This document shows, piece by piece, positions 1 to 13,517 of a DNA stretch of 64,000 bases. Position numbers and translations under genes: made by a program. The stretch is from Geosiphon pyriformis uo1. Taxonomy: Eukaryota > Fungi > Glomeromycota. The DNA is taken from contig JAAOMT010000134.1 in assembly GCA_016748015.1 (NCBI GenBank), positions 1,556,757 to 1,620,756 on the forward strand. The letters run 5' to 3'. Below the pieces are notes generated by a model, which worked only from the letters and a program-made list of their open reading frames with translations, did no database searches and was not told where the DNA came from. The stretch's first letter is position 1. Each line of letters starts with the position of its first letter.

Positions 1-1899
1 AGCAGTCACTACTTACCTAGGATGCTTCCACAGAAACCTGCGCCAAATTCAAGCAATTCAGGCTGACTATTTCATAGTGCCACAAATCCTAAACCAATTT
101 ATTAGAGATCTGTACAGTAGCATCCTCCAATACATATGTCCAATGCATCCAGCAAACTTTCAAGCTACAGTTACCAATGCCAAAGATTTTGAAACAGCTA
201 AACTCAAAGCTAACTACACCCAAGCCATCAATTTAGTAATGAATAAATCATCTGAATTGGATTCTAAGTTGAAACAATTCAGTAAGTTCATTAACCAAAA
301 ATTAGAGAAATACTTAGCTAACAATCAGGCAATCTATCAACCTCCACAATAATGCAATAATCAAGGAAATATGAATTGTTTCTAGAATCAGTTGCACCTA
401 TTATCCTCGACCAATTAGCAATGGCAGTAGAAGACACATGTTTGTCACTACTGTGGTAAACAAGAGCATTTAAGAGTTGACTGTAAGTTAAGAATAGATA
501 ACCAATGATCAGAAAATCAATATCAAAATCTCGATTGCTGGTTTCTAACTCCGAATTACCAATCCAACTTAGCACCATATCAACCAACTTACCTGCTGAT
601 AACACAACAGCCAATATATCAACCACTCGTATATCAACTTCCAATCTATCAACCACAGCCACCAGTAATGTATCAACCATTACAGTCACAAATAATTTAT
701 CAAACACTCACAGTTCAAACACTGCCATCCAACCCAGCTCAAATGACATTAGGAAACCCCAGATCCAGAGTAATTCAAAACTGGAGATTGGCAATAGTGG
801 TTCACTAACTAATTCCCAGTTCATTAAATCAACCATCAGGATCATGCCAGCAGAGTTCAGGAAACAGATATAACCAAAACCTGAGTTCTTAGAACTACTT
901 AAGTCTTCTGGTCAGCCCAGAAGATGCTGTACCCAACATACAAAAACCAACTAAAGGACACTTACCAACAACATTCTATCTGCAACTATCTCCCACAACA
1001 AATCATTAGCCACAATCTTCCTATTTAAACTTGAAGAATCATCAGTAACCCTTCTATTTAGTGAAGCTGCCCTCAAAAAAATCCATTACTACCATGTACA
1101 TGGATGCCAAAGTTGATGGTCAGTCTATCAAACTGATATTAAATAGTGGATCAGCTGGCAGTATTATCACAAAACAACTCATGAACCAATTAGGTTGCTG
1201 GGTTGATTGAGCTGCCAGCGCATGCATCATCATAGCTGATAAAACAACCAAAACTCCAATCAGCAAAATTGACAATTTACTGATTGAAATCAACAGCATT
1301 ATTATGCCCATCAAAGTTCTTGTGATAGAAGCAACACAATATTAAGCATTCATTGGCAATGACTGGTTGTCTAAAACCAATGCTGTATTTGACTGGACAA
1401 CTCAAGAACTGGTCCTCAGTCAGAATGGTTGACACACATGGGTACCAGCCACGTGTGACCACTTTAAGATGACCAACTCAATAACACCCCTAATTGAGTT
1501 CAAAGAGGAGAAAAAAAAACCTACCTGGGAAGCCTATCAAGTCTTGTGGGCCAACAAAAACCACAATAAACTACTGCCAATACTATCGTGAGATAACCAA
1601 GGAAAAGGAAAACAAAAGGAAACCAAACTTACCTAGGACATTAACAACAACTGGAAAACCAACAAAAACCAAAAGAAAGTGATAAATTGGGAGTGGGAAG
1701 AGAATAAAAATAAGAAAGGAAAGAAAAAGAATTAACATCCACAGACACTTACACTATTTATACTCACCTACCACCACAACCAACTAATTATCATTAACCA
1801 AAGCTTATATGCATTGATTGCAGCAAGAAACTGTCATCAATAGACGCATACTGTGGTAATAATGAAAAATACCCAACTGTGACTAAATTCTATTGTCAC
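1..1899 (+). pseudogene. Element A gag (capsid, CCHC knuckle), aspartic protease and start of Cys-rich domain
   Basis: PQILNQFIR capsid motif; CHYCGKQEHLRVDC knuckle near 438-485; IKLILNSGSAGSII protease near 1127-1170; many premature stops. Confidence 0.88.
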
Positions 1900-2882
1900 T
1901 GTTATCAGAGGTTTTTGGTCTTTTTTCTTGAATGTTGTTGATGTTGATTCGCTGTGAATTCACGTTTCCAGGAAGTAGTTAAACCTCCAGTAACTGAATT
2001 TATCTTCAAATTATTTCCTATAATTTGAACTGCTGGGCTTATAAGTGGAATGGCCAATTCTGTGCCAGTTGCTTTGTGTAGTTACATTGTAGTAAATGTC
2101 AACTCTTTCCCAGGAATTGCTTGTCTGGAAGCTCACTAAAAATGTGTAGTTACTTTGCTGTGAAAGTCAACTTTTTTACAGGAATCTTGTTTGTAGGCTA
2201 CCCTAATGATTATAATAAGAAAATAAAAGAAAGAAAATAAAAGAAATGTAAAAGAAATAGAATTCTGTCAAGAGAAACGTTTTCTATCCAGGCCTGGAGT
2301 CACTAACAGTTTACTGAAATTGGTAGCTAATCAATTTCAAAACGTTAGTTGGGGGTTTTTTTTTTCCAAGTGCAATATTTTAAAGAAATTGGTTTTTCAA
2401 ATTATTTGATATTTTATTTTTTTTTGTGTGTGTAGGAATAGTTCTAAGTGATAAATCTAAAGTAAGATACATTTTCTCGAAGAGAGAAGCTCTTCTTTTA
2501 TACAACTTGTCATAACACTATTTTATGAACTTGAACTTTGCTCTTTTCTACAATTTCGCTGAACTAAAGATACATTTTGGCAAACTACAAGTTATTTCTG
2601 CGAACTATTAGATATTTCAGTAAACTATCAATTATTTCGGCAAATTTCTACAAATTTCGGTGAACTTTTGAATGTTACATATTTCAGGGTATTGCATGAT
2701 TGATCATTGCAATTAGGTTACATCTGTGTTATGTACAAATTGGGTTATTAATTAAATAATAATTTCGGACATTTTGCTAATATAATAAGTGATAATTTGA
2801 AATAATAATATATGCTAATTAATGATAGAAATTATAAAGATAATTTTATGCTAAATAATATCTCTAATTTCATTTGGTAACA
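1900..2882 (-). repeat. 3' LTR of B
   Basis: Direct repeat of 20198-21181; PPT (minus-strand GAGAAGAAGATTA) adjacent at 2883-2895. Confidence 0.95.
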
Positions 2883-2893
2883 TAATCTTCTTC

Positions 2894-3570
2894 TCAAGAC
2901 TGAGCTCTGTCGAAGTCCAAGTACTGTCTGTAATTTCCAGATAATAATCCAAAATTATTGAAAAAATTTGGTCTGAAAATTGTTGAAATTTCAGTTTTGT
3001 GAGCTTTCCAATGTATTAAATCTTCAAAGGCTGTAAAATTGGGTTTTGTAGAACGTTTTCACAGGTGTGGAATAAGTCATAAAGTCTAAGAGCAGCTCTT
3101 AGTTTATAATGACTGTTTGTAGGTCTAGCTGTTGTCTTGAATTTATTATGGAGTTGTTTCCGAATAGCTTCTTTTGTGAGGTTTGCTGCTGTAAGCTCCC
3201 ATTTTTGTTTGTGAAATGTTTTTCCAATGTAAAAATATCTATATATTGGAGTATAGTTGTAGTTTTCTTCATTAAGACACAGTTGAAGTTTTTGTTGAAT
3301 AGTAGCATTTGGTAGAATACTAATAGGAGTGAGCATTAAGTTTTTTCTTAAAGCAAGCTTTAAAAGTTCTGGCAGGTAAATTCCAGAATAACTTTTTGTG
3401 TTCTTCTTATATGGGTGATATTTTTGTAAATTTGGGGCTAAATTTGTAACTACTTCTGTTTGGGTATAATTAATGTAGTTTCCAGTAACAGTAATAGATA
3501 ATTCGGGTATTGTTTTTAAAGCTAACATTAGTTTTTGGGATAATTGTTGAATGTTTTGAGGAATAGTCAT
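2894..3570 (-). pseudogene. Element B ORF3 (unknown function, between integrase and PPT)
   Basis: 184-aa ORF MTIPQNIQQLSQKL... continues past one stop as IGKLTKLKFQQF; homologous to ORF3 of A, C, D and E. Confidence 0.8.
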
Positions 3571-3692
3571 TATAAGAGATTTGAAAATAAAAGAAAATTA
3601 TTTTTGGTGTATGGGTTTTTATGTTATTTTTGTTTTGTTTTTGTGAGATTGTTTCTAAATTATAAGAAGATAACTATAATAATAAATTTAAA

Positions 3693-5079
3693 TTAAGTGT
3701 TCAAGTTAGAAGGTTGTTCAATAACAATTATTGGTTCTAAATTTTGGAGAATATCTTTGGGATTGATTAAAAGGGAATGTGTACCAATTTGTGGAATTAA
3801 TGATTCAGGATTGTTTTTGGAATTATAGTGTTTTAAATGATCTCTATGTGCAACTTTTGCTAGGATTTTGTCATCAAGTCTTAGCTTGTATGATCCATTG
3901 CCTAGGACTTCATGGATAAAGAATGGTTCATCCCATTTATTTTCAAATTTTCCACTCTATTGTTTTTCAGCTTTAGTTCTGTGTAAGAGAACTTTGTTTC
4001 CAATTTTAAATTCATTGGTAACTGGAGGCAATTTGTTGTCATGCCATTCTTTTTGTTGAGCTTGGGAGTGTTTAATATGGGTGGCTGCTATTTGTCATTT
4101 TCTTTTCAATGTGCTAAGCAGAGTATAGGCTCTTTATTGTAGTGTTTCTTGAAAGTTGTCTTTATTAATTGGTTGTACTGGATATGTTTCCATTGTGAAA
4201 CTAATTGGTAACGTTGCTGTCCTTCCGTAAGTTAAATCAAATGGTGTGTGTTTTGTGGTATTTTGTTTTAGTGTTCTATATGCTAGTAACACTGATGAAA
4301 TAAAGAGATCCCATTCTTGCTCAAAATTGGTTGAGACTTTGGCTAATAATTTACACAATGTTCTGTTGAAACGTTCTACAAGTCCATTTGTTTGTAGATG
4401 GTAGGGCAAAGATAATGGTCTTTTGACATTAAATTGTCCACAAATTTCCTGAATTAAATTGTTTATGAAATGTGTTCCTTGATCAGATAAAAGTTCTATT
4501 GGGCATCCATGTTTACAAATGATGTCTTTGTAGATGAAGTTTGCTACTGATTTCACATCTATTTGTTGAATGGCTCTGGCTTCAGGCCATTTGGTGAGAT
4601 AGTCTACAGCTACTGCAATATAATGGTTTTTTTGGTTTGTGATAGAGAGTGGTCCGACTAAATCGATACCAACTCAATTAAAAGGCTGTCCAATTTTGAT
4701 TGGGTTTAAAGGTTCTATAGGACGAGTTTCTTTTCTTCTTTGACAACTATCACAAAACTTAACATATTCATGAATGTCTTTTCTCATTTGAGGCCAAAAA
4801 TAATATTCTAGTGTTCTTTGGGTGGTGCTGTCTTTTTCTAGGTGTGCTGATGAAAGGTCTGAATGCATGTTATATAAAATGGTTTCTTTTTCATGTTCTT
4901 GTATTAATCTGAATGGATTGTCTGGGTTTCTGAAGTTTCAATAATAAATTATGTTGTTGTGTAAGAAGTATTGTTTGGCTTGTTGTTGTAACCGATGTTT
5001 TTTTATCTGAGAACCAATCTGTTGGAATTGTTAATGTCTTCAAATATTGTTTAAGATTGTTGTAGTTTTTGGGATTCAT
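3693..5079 (-). pseudogene. Element B integrase (separate ORF)
   Basis: Own ATG at 5079; HHCC (H..AHL..YYFWP..CDSCQ), SDQG, NGLVERFNRTL core and GPY/F-like C-terminus; frameshifts and stops. Confidence 0.92.
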
Positions 5080-5125
5080 TGTTTGTTGTTTTGTTGTTAA
5101 TTCAAATGGGTGTTGTTTTTATGTT

Positions 5126-5739
5126 TTAATCTTGTCTCATTCTTGAGATACAATCAACATTGGTGTGAAGTTTTCCTGGTTTGTGATGTACAATGTATCA
5201 GTAGTTGGCTAAAAATCCTGTCCATTGAGTTTGTTTGGCATTCAGCTGAGTGTTTTTGTTTTGAAGCCATTTGAGTCCAATATTATCAGTAATAATATCG
5301 AATTCTTTGGGTCTGAGATAAAAGTTGAAGTGATGTAGGGCCCAGATTACTGCTGCAGTTTCTAATTCTGTTGCAAGATAGTTCTTTTCAGCCAGTTTCA
5401 ATGTTCTGCTAGCATAAGCAATTACTTACTCATTTCTATTGTTATCTAACTGTGATAGGATGGCACCAAAGACAGTATAAGAGGCATTTGTTGCTAACCG
5501 GAATCAGTTGCTGAAATCTGGGTAGGTAAGAATTGGAGCTGTAGTTAGTTTTTCTTTGAAGATTTCAAATGCATTTTGGTGTTTAGCAGTCCATTTGTAT
5601 TCGATGTTTTTGGTGATAAGCTGTTTGAAAGGTTTTGCAATTTTTGAGAATCTTTTGATAAACTTCCAATAATAGGAGACTAACCTTATAAATCCTCTTA
5701 GTTCTGTAGTGTTTTGAGGAGCTTTGAAGTTTTTGACAG
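5126..5739 (-). pseudogene. Element B RT thumb and RNase H (C-terminal part of polyprotein)
   Basis: LTTAPIL, ELETAAVIWAL; ends VDCISRMRQD-stop at 5126-5128. Joins GKISAV|KNFKAP across the C insertion. Confidence 0.9.
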
Positions 5740-6204
5740 TGTTACAGTTTAAGAATTTAGCAAAAAGAATCATAAAAATAATACAAACTATTCAATCATA
5801 ATATAGCACAGTAATAATCTTAGAAAGATAATAATTAACATAGTAGCAAACACCATTTCGCGATAGTGGCAAGCACCAGTTCACAATAGCAGCCAACACC
5901 AACTGGTAATAGCAGCAAACACCAGGTTGAAATATCAAAAAAAAAGTATTTTCTCGTAGAACTACAAACATGTATATATACAGTAGTTTTAATATTGGGA
6001 AATAATCAATCAAGTAATAAAAATCATAACTTATCAAGCAACAGATCCAATTTTATCCAACAAACTCCACTTTAAACCATACTTTCAAATTAAATATCCC
6101 AAGAAACTTTTAAAAATCAAAAAGAAATGAAAAAGAATATTTAAAACGGAACTATTACAACCCAAAGTATTAAGAAACTTACTTGTATTATTTATTGAAT
6201 GAAA
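5740..6204 (+). repeat. 5' LTR of C (truncated by an assembly gap)
   Basis: Near-identical to 14245-14711. Confidence 0.92.
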
Positions 6205-6930
6205 NNNNNNNNNNNNNNNNNNNNGCCAGAATAAATTATCATATAGGAAAGGAAGAAGAACCACATGATGCAAAACTTGGATTGTATAGAGAATTATCAC
6301 AATACACTACAAAAGAAGTAGCAGTAATAGCCGCAACTATTGTCAAAATCCATCGAGAAATTGAGCAATACGCCAACAAAAATTTTCCAATATCCACAGG
6401 AAACACTAGGGAATGCGCCAACAAAACCAAAGAAAATTTAGAAACTAATCAGGAAAGTAACCAGCAAAAACTAAGAACACCAGCTCAAACGCCAAAGAAA
6501 ACTGTCACTCAATCAATAAAAAAACAATGTATTTATTCACCAGAAGATAAATCATACCATTTTTCACCAGAAAATAAGATACAAATTCCATTAGGAGCTG
6601 CATCATCATCAACATCAACTCTACAAATGCCAAGAACTCCTAGTTATATTGATAAAATTAAACAACATAACTGGAGAGACATACCAATTACAGGAGGATA
6701 TTTATCACTATTCTAAAACCCTCTTTTTCAGCCAAAATTTAGAACGGGGTTTGAAAACCGTGAAGAGAAGTCTGAATCAGAATCCGAAAAAGAAACCAGT
6801 GAAAAAACAATCACAAGACCAGTCACTGGAACAAGCAGCCAGTCCAGAAACCAAGAAACTCATGATCAAGAGGAAGAACCGGATATAAGGGAAGCCACCT
6901 TTAGGAACGCTNNNNNNNNNNNNNNNNNNN

Positions 6931-9900
6931 NAACCCCTAATCTTACTGTTCTTGAATTCTGCCGTGCTATTTACACACAAAATCAAAGTGATCTTGGATT
7001 ACCAGAAGGGTGTTGTCCAGCAGAATCTGCCCTCACTTATTATATCAATGCCAGAATAAATTATCATATAGGAAAGGAAGAAGAACCACATGATGCAAAA
7101 CTTGGATTGTATAGAGAATTATCACAATACACTACAAAAGAAGTAGCAGTAATAGCCGCAACTATTGTCAAAATCCATCGAGAAATTGAGCAATACGCCA
7201 ACAAAAATTTTCCAATATCCACAGGAAACACTAGGGAATGCGCCAACAAAACCAAAGAAAATTTAGAAACTAATCAGGAAAGTAACCAGCAAAAACTAAG
7301 AACACCAGCTCAAACGCCAAAGAAAACTGTCACTCAATCAATAAAAAAACAATGTATTTATTCACCAGAAGATAAATCATACCATTTTTCACCAGAAAAT
7401 AAGATACAAATTCCATTAGGAGCTGCATCATCATCAACATCAACTCTACAAATGCCAAGAACTCCTAGTTATATTGATAAAATTAAACAACATAACTGGA
7501 GAGACATACCAATTACAGGAGGATATTTATCACTATTCTAAAACCCTCTTTTTCAGCCAAAATTTAGAACGGGGTTTGAAAACCGTGAAGAGAAGTCTGA
7601 ATCAGAATCCGAAAAAGAAACCAGTGAAAAAACAATCACAAGACCAGTCACTGGAACAAGCAGCCAGTCCAGAAACCAAGAAACTCGTGATCAAGAGGAA
7701 GAACCGGATATAAGGGAAGCCACCTTTAGGAACGCTCAAGGAAATATCATCCCACCTCCTCTTAGACCAATAAACCCACCAGTAGAAAACGGCAATAAAA
7801 TAACCACACCATACATTGCAAAACTAACAGATTTCTTAGGAGAAGAAGAAAAAATGGACGTGCACACATGGCTCATAGAAGCACAAAAAGCCATCCAGGC
7901 AAATAACTGGAACGACCAAAGAGCAATTCAAACATTATCTTTCTTCCTGAAAGGCACAGCCAACTCGTGGTATCAAAGCCTGGAAACAAAACCCACGAGC
8001 TTTGCTGAATTTAAAAATGCACTCCTGGAGTATTTTAGCAACCCAAACGCCATAATCCAACTACAGAACAAATTCAATACTATCAAGCAAAATACTGATG
8101 AAACTGTCACCCAATACCTTGCTCGATTAAATCAAATTCGCCGTCAGATTGAAGTGATTGAACAAGGATACTACACTGATCCTCAGGTTTTAAATCAGTT
8201 TATTAGAGAATTAAAAAGCAGCATTTTAGGAAGAGTACGCCCTGCCCACCCTAATTCCTTACCAGAAGCCGTTATGCTTGCCAGAGCCCTTGAATCGGCT
8301 GAGAAAGAAGCTAACCATAGTCAAATGGTTAACATGGTAATGGAGGAAAATAAGACAGAAACATTAGAGAAAAGAGTAACACAATTAGGGGAGGAACTCT
8401 CTAAGAAAATAGAAAGTTATCTCATCCCAGATCTGAGAAAAAATACATACCAACTACCCCAAAGACACAGCCAGGAAGTCAGTGACAGTCGAAATAATCG
8501 CTCGTCGCGCCAGGAATTCAGAACAGAAACATGTGCCTGCCATTTTTGCAAATGCATAGGACATTTGATTAGTCAATGTCAAACGCGAATGATACAAGAA
8601 GCACACGAAAATAATTACTACGCGCCACCCCAAATGCCCAGAAACCAGTACACGCCAATACCACGCCAATATTTCACCACATATCAAAATTAAGGAGCTT
8701 ACCAGCAACAGTCCATGATAGCCAACCTGAATTGGCATTCCGAGGCCCGAAATCAGCCCATGTGGAACCAGAACACGTTGGTCCAGAGGAATCCAAACTG
8801 CGCCGGAACCAATCAGCAAACCAATCCAAACTACCAAAATTATCAACAAACTTACCTTAATATACCAGAAAACCTGATCATTAGAAACAATGATGGTAGA
8901 AACATAAACAGAACCAAGAATTCCTCCAAATTGAGCCAGACAATACCACCAGCAGTTGCCACCAAAGATAGCAGCCTCACAGCTATTTTTCTTTTTGAAT
9001 TAGAGGAAAATAAGGCTATGTTCAGTAGAGCAGCATTGGACGAAAAACACCCAATCACTGCTATATATACGGAAGCCACTGTAAACAATACCCCAATCAA
9101 ACTTATCTTAGACAGCGGATCCGCTGGAAGCATCGTAACACTTCAATTAATAAACCAACTGGGTTTCAAAGTTGATCGTGCTGTGATGTCCCAAATCATA
9201 ACAGCCGATGGAAGTACAAAGCTGCCTTATGGCGAAATCGACTCATTTTCTTTCGAAATTAATGGCATAGTAATACCTACAAAAGTATTAGTAATGGACG
9301 CTACACAATATCAAGTGTTAGTAGGGAATGACTGGCTAACAAAAGCCAATGCCACCTTAGACTGGACCATCCAAGAGCTTCTGATCAATTATAATAGCCA
9401 CCAGGCCAAAATTCCAACCACCTGTGGCCACTTCCAAAAACCCAGCGCCAACCAAAGACCTACTTTCGAATTTGAAAAAAATCCAGCACTACCAGCCATC
9501 GAAACCTATCAGCTCTCTTGGGCTGATGACCAAAGAACAGGACTACCAGCCGTACCAACATGGACCAGTGAAGAAAGATCTGAATGGAACCAGGTAAGTT
9601 CACGAAGAAACCACCAGCGACGCAGACCAAAGCTAGAATGCTCGATTTGCAAGAAAAAACTCTCGTCTATGACTGCGTGCAGCGCACCAGACAAAGACCC
9701 AAGAAACCCCACCCATTACTATTGTAACCATTGTAACAAAAAAAAATACAGTTATCCAGAAAGACACAGAAAATGAGACAAGGAACCGTGCCTCGCTTGT
9801 GGAAAACCGTTACCAAGAGGGTGCGACTGGAACGACTTACCAGACAGAGGAGGAACATGTGACGCAACTTGCCAATACATGATTCTCATCTGTGACTGGG

Positions 9901-12193
9901 TAAGAGGAGGAATGCCATTCGAAGCAGCATTCAACAGAGCATTAAAAAGACTACAGTACTACTCACACGACAAGGACGAGTTGTACAACACTGCACAAGC
10001 CAAAGTAAGAGGAGAAACCGCCAAAGAAATACGACGTTGGAAAAAGTCAGCTGAAGTAGCTGACGAAGTCACCAGCTACAACATGTTCGGCCCAGTAGAC
10101 AAATTCCAGGACTACTACCAACAACTATGCCCCACTCGACAAGAGCAAGAACAATACTTCGCCCAAATCAACACTTACCTCTGCGAAAACTGTCTTATCC
10201 CATGCCAAAATCAGTGCTGTGAAGAGTGTCAAGACAAAAGGGACTTAGAAAGAAAAATGGAAATTGAGAATCAGCAGTCTCAAAATCAATCAATAAATCA
10301 ACAAGACTCACCTGACAGTCCCAAGTCAGAAAAATTTGTTGCCTATACTGACCTAGAACAGGTGACCGACATCTGATACTTCGACAATGAGCACTTAGAA
10401 ATAATACCCAAAAGAGCTCATCCAACTAATGCCGGATTCGATCTATGTTATTCAGAAGACCAATCCACAACGTTACCACCCAAGAGCATCACCAAAATTG
10501 ACTTAAAAATAGCGGTTGAAATTCCGCCAGGAATAATGGTTCAAATAGCGTCGCGATTAAGCCTCGCGAAAAAAGAAATAAGCGTTCAAGGAGGAGTAAT
10601 TGACTCCGAATACACTAGAAATTTGATGGTTTTGCTACAGAACAATTCAGAAAAGCCTTATACTATTGAATCTAAGGAAAAGATTGCACAAGCAATTTTC
10701 CTACCATTGGTAAAAATTGGGAAATTCGTGCCAGTGGAAAATCATGAGGAATTGTCACAAACAATGAGAGGAACTTTTGGTTTCGGATTGACAGGAAAAG
10801 GAATTGAAGTGAATTTTGCTGAAACAATAGAGGAAAAAGGTGAAGTAATTAAAAATGAGCGCTCCATCATGCTCCTACCATATGGAAAATCAGAAATAAG
10901 AATAAAAAGAACAATTAAAGAAAAAGACCTAATATTTGAGCCCTACCCAGAAACTTGCCAACAGTTTCTCATAGAACTTACTAACCTTTTTATTCCAGCT
11001 GATAAAGCTCAATGGATAAAAATTCCTATTGCAAACACCACAGAAGAACCCGTCTACATTCTGGAAGATACCATCATTGGATACCTCAAAACGGAGCTAG
11101 AAAATGCGTCAACACCACAAGAAATTCTAAATTTCCCAGAAATCGCTCTCTACTGTGAACTCACTTCAATAAATTGGCAACAACTGTTAGAATGCTATCA
11201 ATTTACGCCAGAAGAATTGGCCAAATTAAACATTGGAACAATGGATTCTGACCAACAGTGACAATTAAAAACATTAATTTTAAAATACTCTGATATATTT
11301 TCAAGAAATGGCGAATTTGGAAGAACCAACTTGGTTCAACACCAAATCCCCACTGGAGATGCCAGACCTGAAAAACAATGCACTTACCGTGTCCCACCAA
11401 TAGAGCATAATTTTATCAGAGAAGAAGTTCAAAGCATGTTGGAAAAAGGAATAATACAACCATCAATAAGCCCATGGTCCTCACCAGTTGTTTTAATAAG
11501 GAAAAAGAATGGAAAAATTAGATTTTGCGTCGACTATCACAAACTAAACAGCAAAACAACCAAAGATTCATACCCAATACCGTTAATTGACGAAATCTTT
11601 GACGTTTTTGGAGGAGCAAAATGGTTTTCTACACTGGACTTGATCAGTGGGTACTGGCAAGTAGAAATGGACCCAAAGGACAGGCATAAAACAGCATTCA
11701 CAACACAAAATGGCAATTATGAGTTCAATGTAATGCCATTNNNNNNNNNNNNNNNNNNNNNNNNNNNNNNNNNNNNNNNNNNNNNNNNNNNNNNNNNNNN
11801 NNNNNNNNNNNNNNNNNNNNNNNNNNNNNNNNNGATGCCTCTGGAACTGGACTTGGAGCCATTCTGTCACAAAAAGATGATAATGGAAGAGAACGTGTAA
11901 TCACTTATGCCAGCAGAAGTCTCAGTACGACAGAACAAAACTACGCAGCACATGAACTTGAATGCTTAGCAGTAGTCTGGAGTTGTGTTTACTTTGACAC
12001 ATATTTACGGTACCAATCCTTTGAGATTACGACAGATCATAGAGGTCTGGTCTGGTTAAATAACAAGAAAGTGCTAAAAGGAAAATATGCCAGATGGTCA
12101 CAAACGTTAGCACCATATGATTATATTATCAAATACAAAAAAGATACCAAAAATGCTAATGCTGACTGTTTGTCAAGAATGAGACACACATAA
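6931..12193 (+). pseudogene. Element C polyprotein: N-terminal extension, Gag (CCHC), PR, Cys-rich domain, dUTPase, dUTPase-like repeat, RT, RNase H
   Basis: ORF fragments starting 7107, 7854, 8715, 9879, 10536 and 11331 share one frame. Motifs CHFCKCIGHLISQC, LILDSGSAGS, AGFDL/GGVID/IAQ/RGTFGFG, RFCVDY, LDLISGYWQV; ends ADCLSRMRHT-stop. Confidence 0.93.
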
Positions 12194-12222
12194 AAATCAC
12201 CAACCCACCTGCCACAACAACA

Positions 12223-13517
12223 ATGAACAACCATCTTTACAAAAACCTCAGCCAATACTTGGAAACACTACAAATAGATGAAGAAATGCCAGTAAAAGAG
12301 CTAATTAAGCTCCAAAAATTAGCAAAACACTATTTCATCCAAAATCACATACTTTATTACTGGAATCGACAAAATCCAGATAATCCATTAAGAGTTATAA
12401 CTACGGATGAAAAAGAAACTATCTTATTTAACATGCACTCAGATATTTATTCAGGCCACTTTGGAAAAACAGCAACCATCCAACGTGCAACTAGCCATTA
12501 CTATTGGCCAAAAATAAGTTCAGACATAATCCAATACATAAGAAATTGTGACCCATGCCAACGAAGAGAAGAAGCAAAAACAACGGAATTATTAAGACCA
12601 ATAAAAGTTGGACAGCCATTTGACAGAATCAGAATTGATTTAGTTGGACCCTTACCAATAACAACAAGAAACAACTGTTATATTGCAGTAGCCATGGACT
12701 ATCTCACCAAATGGCCAGAAGCTAGAGCTATTAAAACAGCTGATGCTATTTCCGTAGCTCAATTCGTACATGAAGACTTAATTTGCTGACATGGATGTCC
12801 ACAAGAATTGCTATCAGATCAGGGCACATACTTTGTAAACAGCACCTTAAAAGAACTTAGCCAAAAATTTGGAATCAAGCGACCACTGTCATCACCATAC
12901 CACCCTCAAACAAATGGATTAGTTGAAAAATTTAATCGCACATTATGCGAATCACTGGTAAAAATTAGTAATGAACATGAAAAAGAATGGGATTTGTTCA
13001 TACCAACAGTACTACTAGCATATAGAACAATAAAACAAGATACTACACAATTCACACCATTTGAACTAGTTTATAGAAGAAAAGCCACATTACCAGTTGA
13101 ACTTACTATCCCAACTTATCCAAGTGATACTATCATGGAAGCAACATTCCAAGAAACATTACTTAGAAGAACATACGAATTAATGAGAACTTTAGAAAAC
13201 AAAAGAAGAAAAGCAACACAAAATATTGAACAATCACAAAAACAACAAAAAGTGAGACATGATAACCAGTTACCAGATAATATAATTAGCTACAAAATTA
13301 GAGATAAAGTATTGTTGCATCGTACAAAAATGGAAAAACAGTAGAGTGGAAAATTTGATCACAAGTGGGATGGACCATTTTATATTCACAAAATACTTAG
13401 AAATGGAGCATACAAGCTAAGACTAGATGATAAAATATTAAGAAAAGCAGCACATGGTAACCGGCTGAAATTCTATTACAGTAAACCAGTAATAACAACA
13501 AAAACACCCAGAATTGG
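12223..13517 (+). pseudogene. Element C integrase (separate ORF, 3' end in gap)
   Basis: ATG 12223; H..SGHFG..YYWP..CDPCQ, IDLVGP, SDQG, HPQTNGLVE, KWDGPFYI. Confidence 0.93.

Noticed and set aside
3016-3570. ORF3 as an envelope gene
   Set aside because: No signal peptide, transmembrane segment, furin site or Cys pattern visible, and it is too short.
5792-6037. Hydrophobic antisense ORFs in the C LTRs (also 14297-14518) and other antisense ORFs over gag, pol and LINE
   Set aside because: Shadows of A-rich sense strands; not conserved between families.
6225-7736. Near-identical duplication of about 690 bp (6225-6911 vs 7050-7736) in element C
   Set aside because: The first copy is bounded by N gaps on both sides and sits where the LTR end and PBS should be; most likely a scaffolding artefact.
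7800-11740. Programmed gag-pol frameshift or readthrough
   Set aside because: In C all fragments from the extension to RT share one frame, and the internal stops are not at shared positions between copies.
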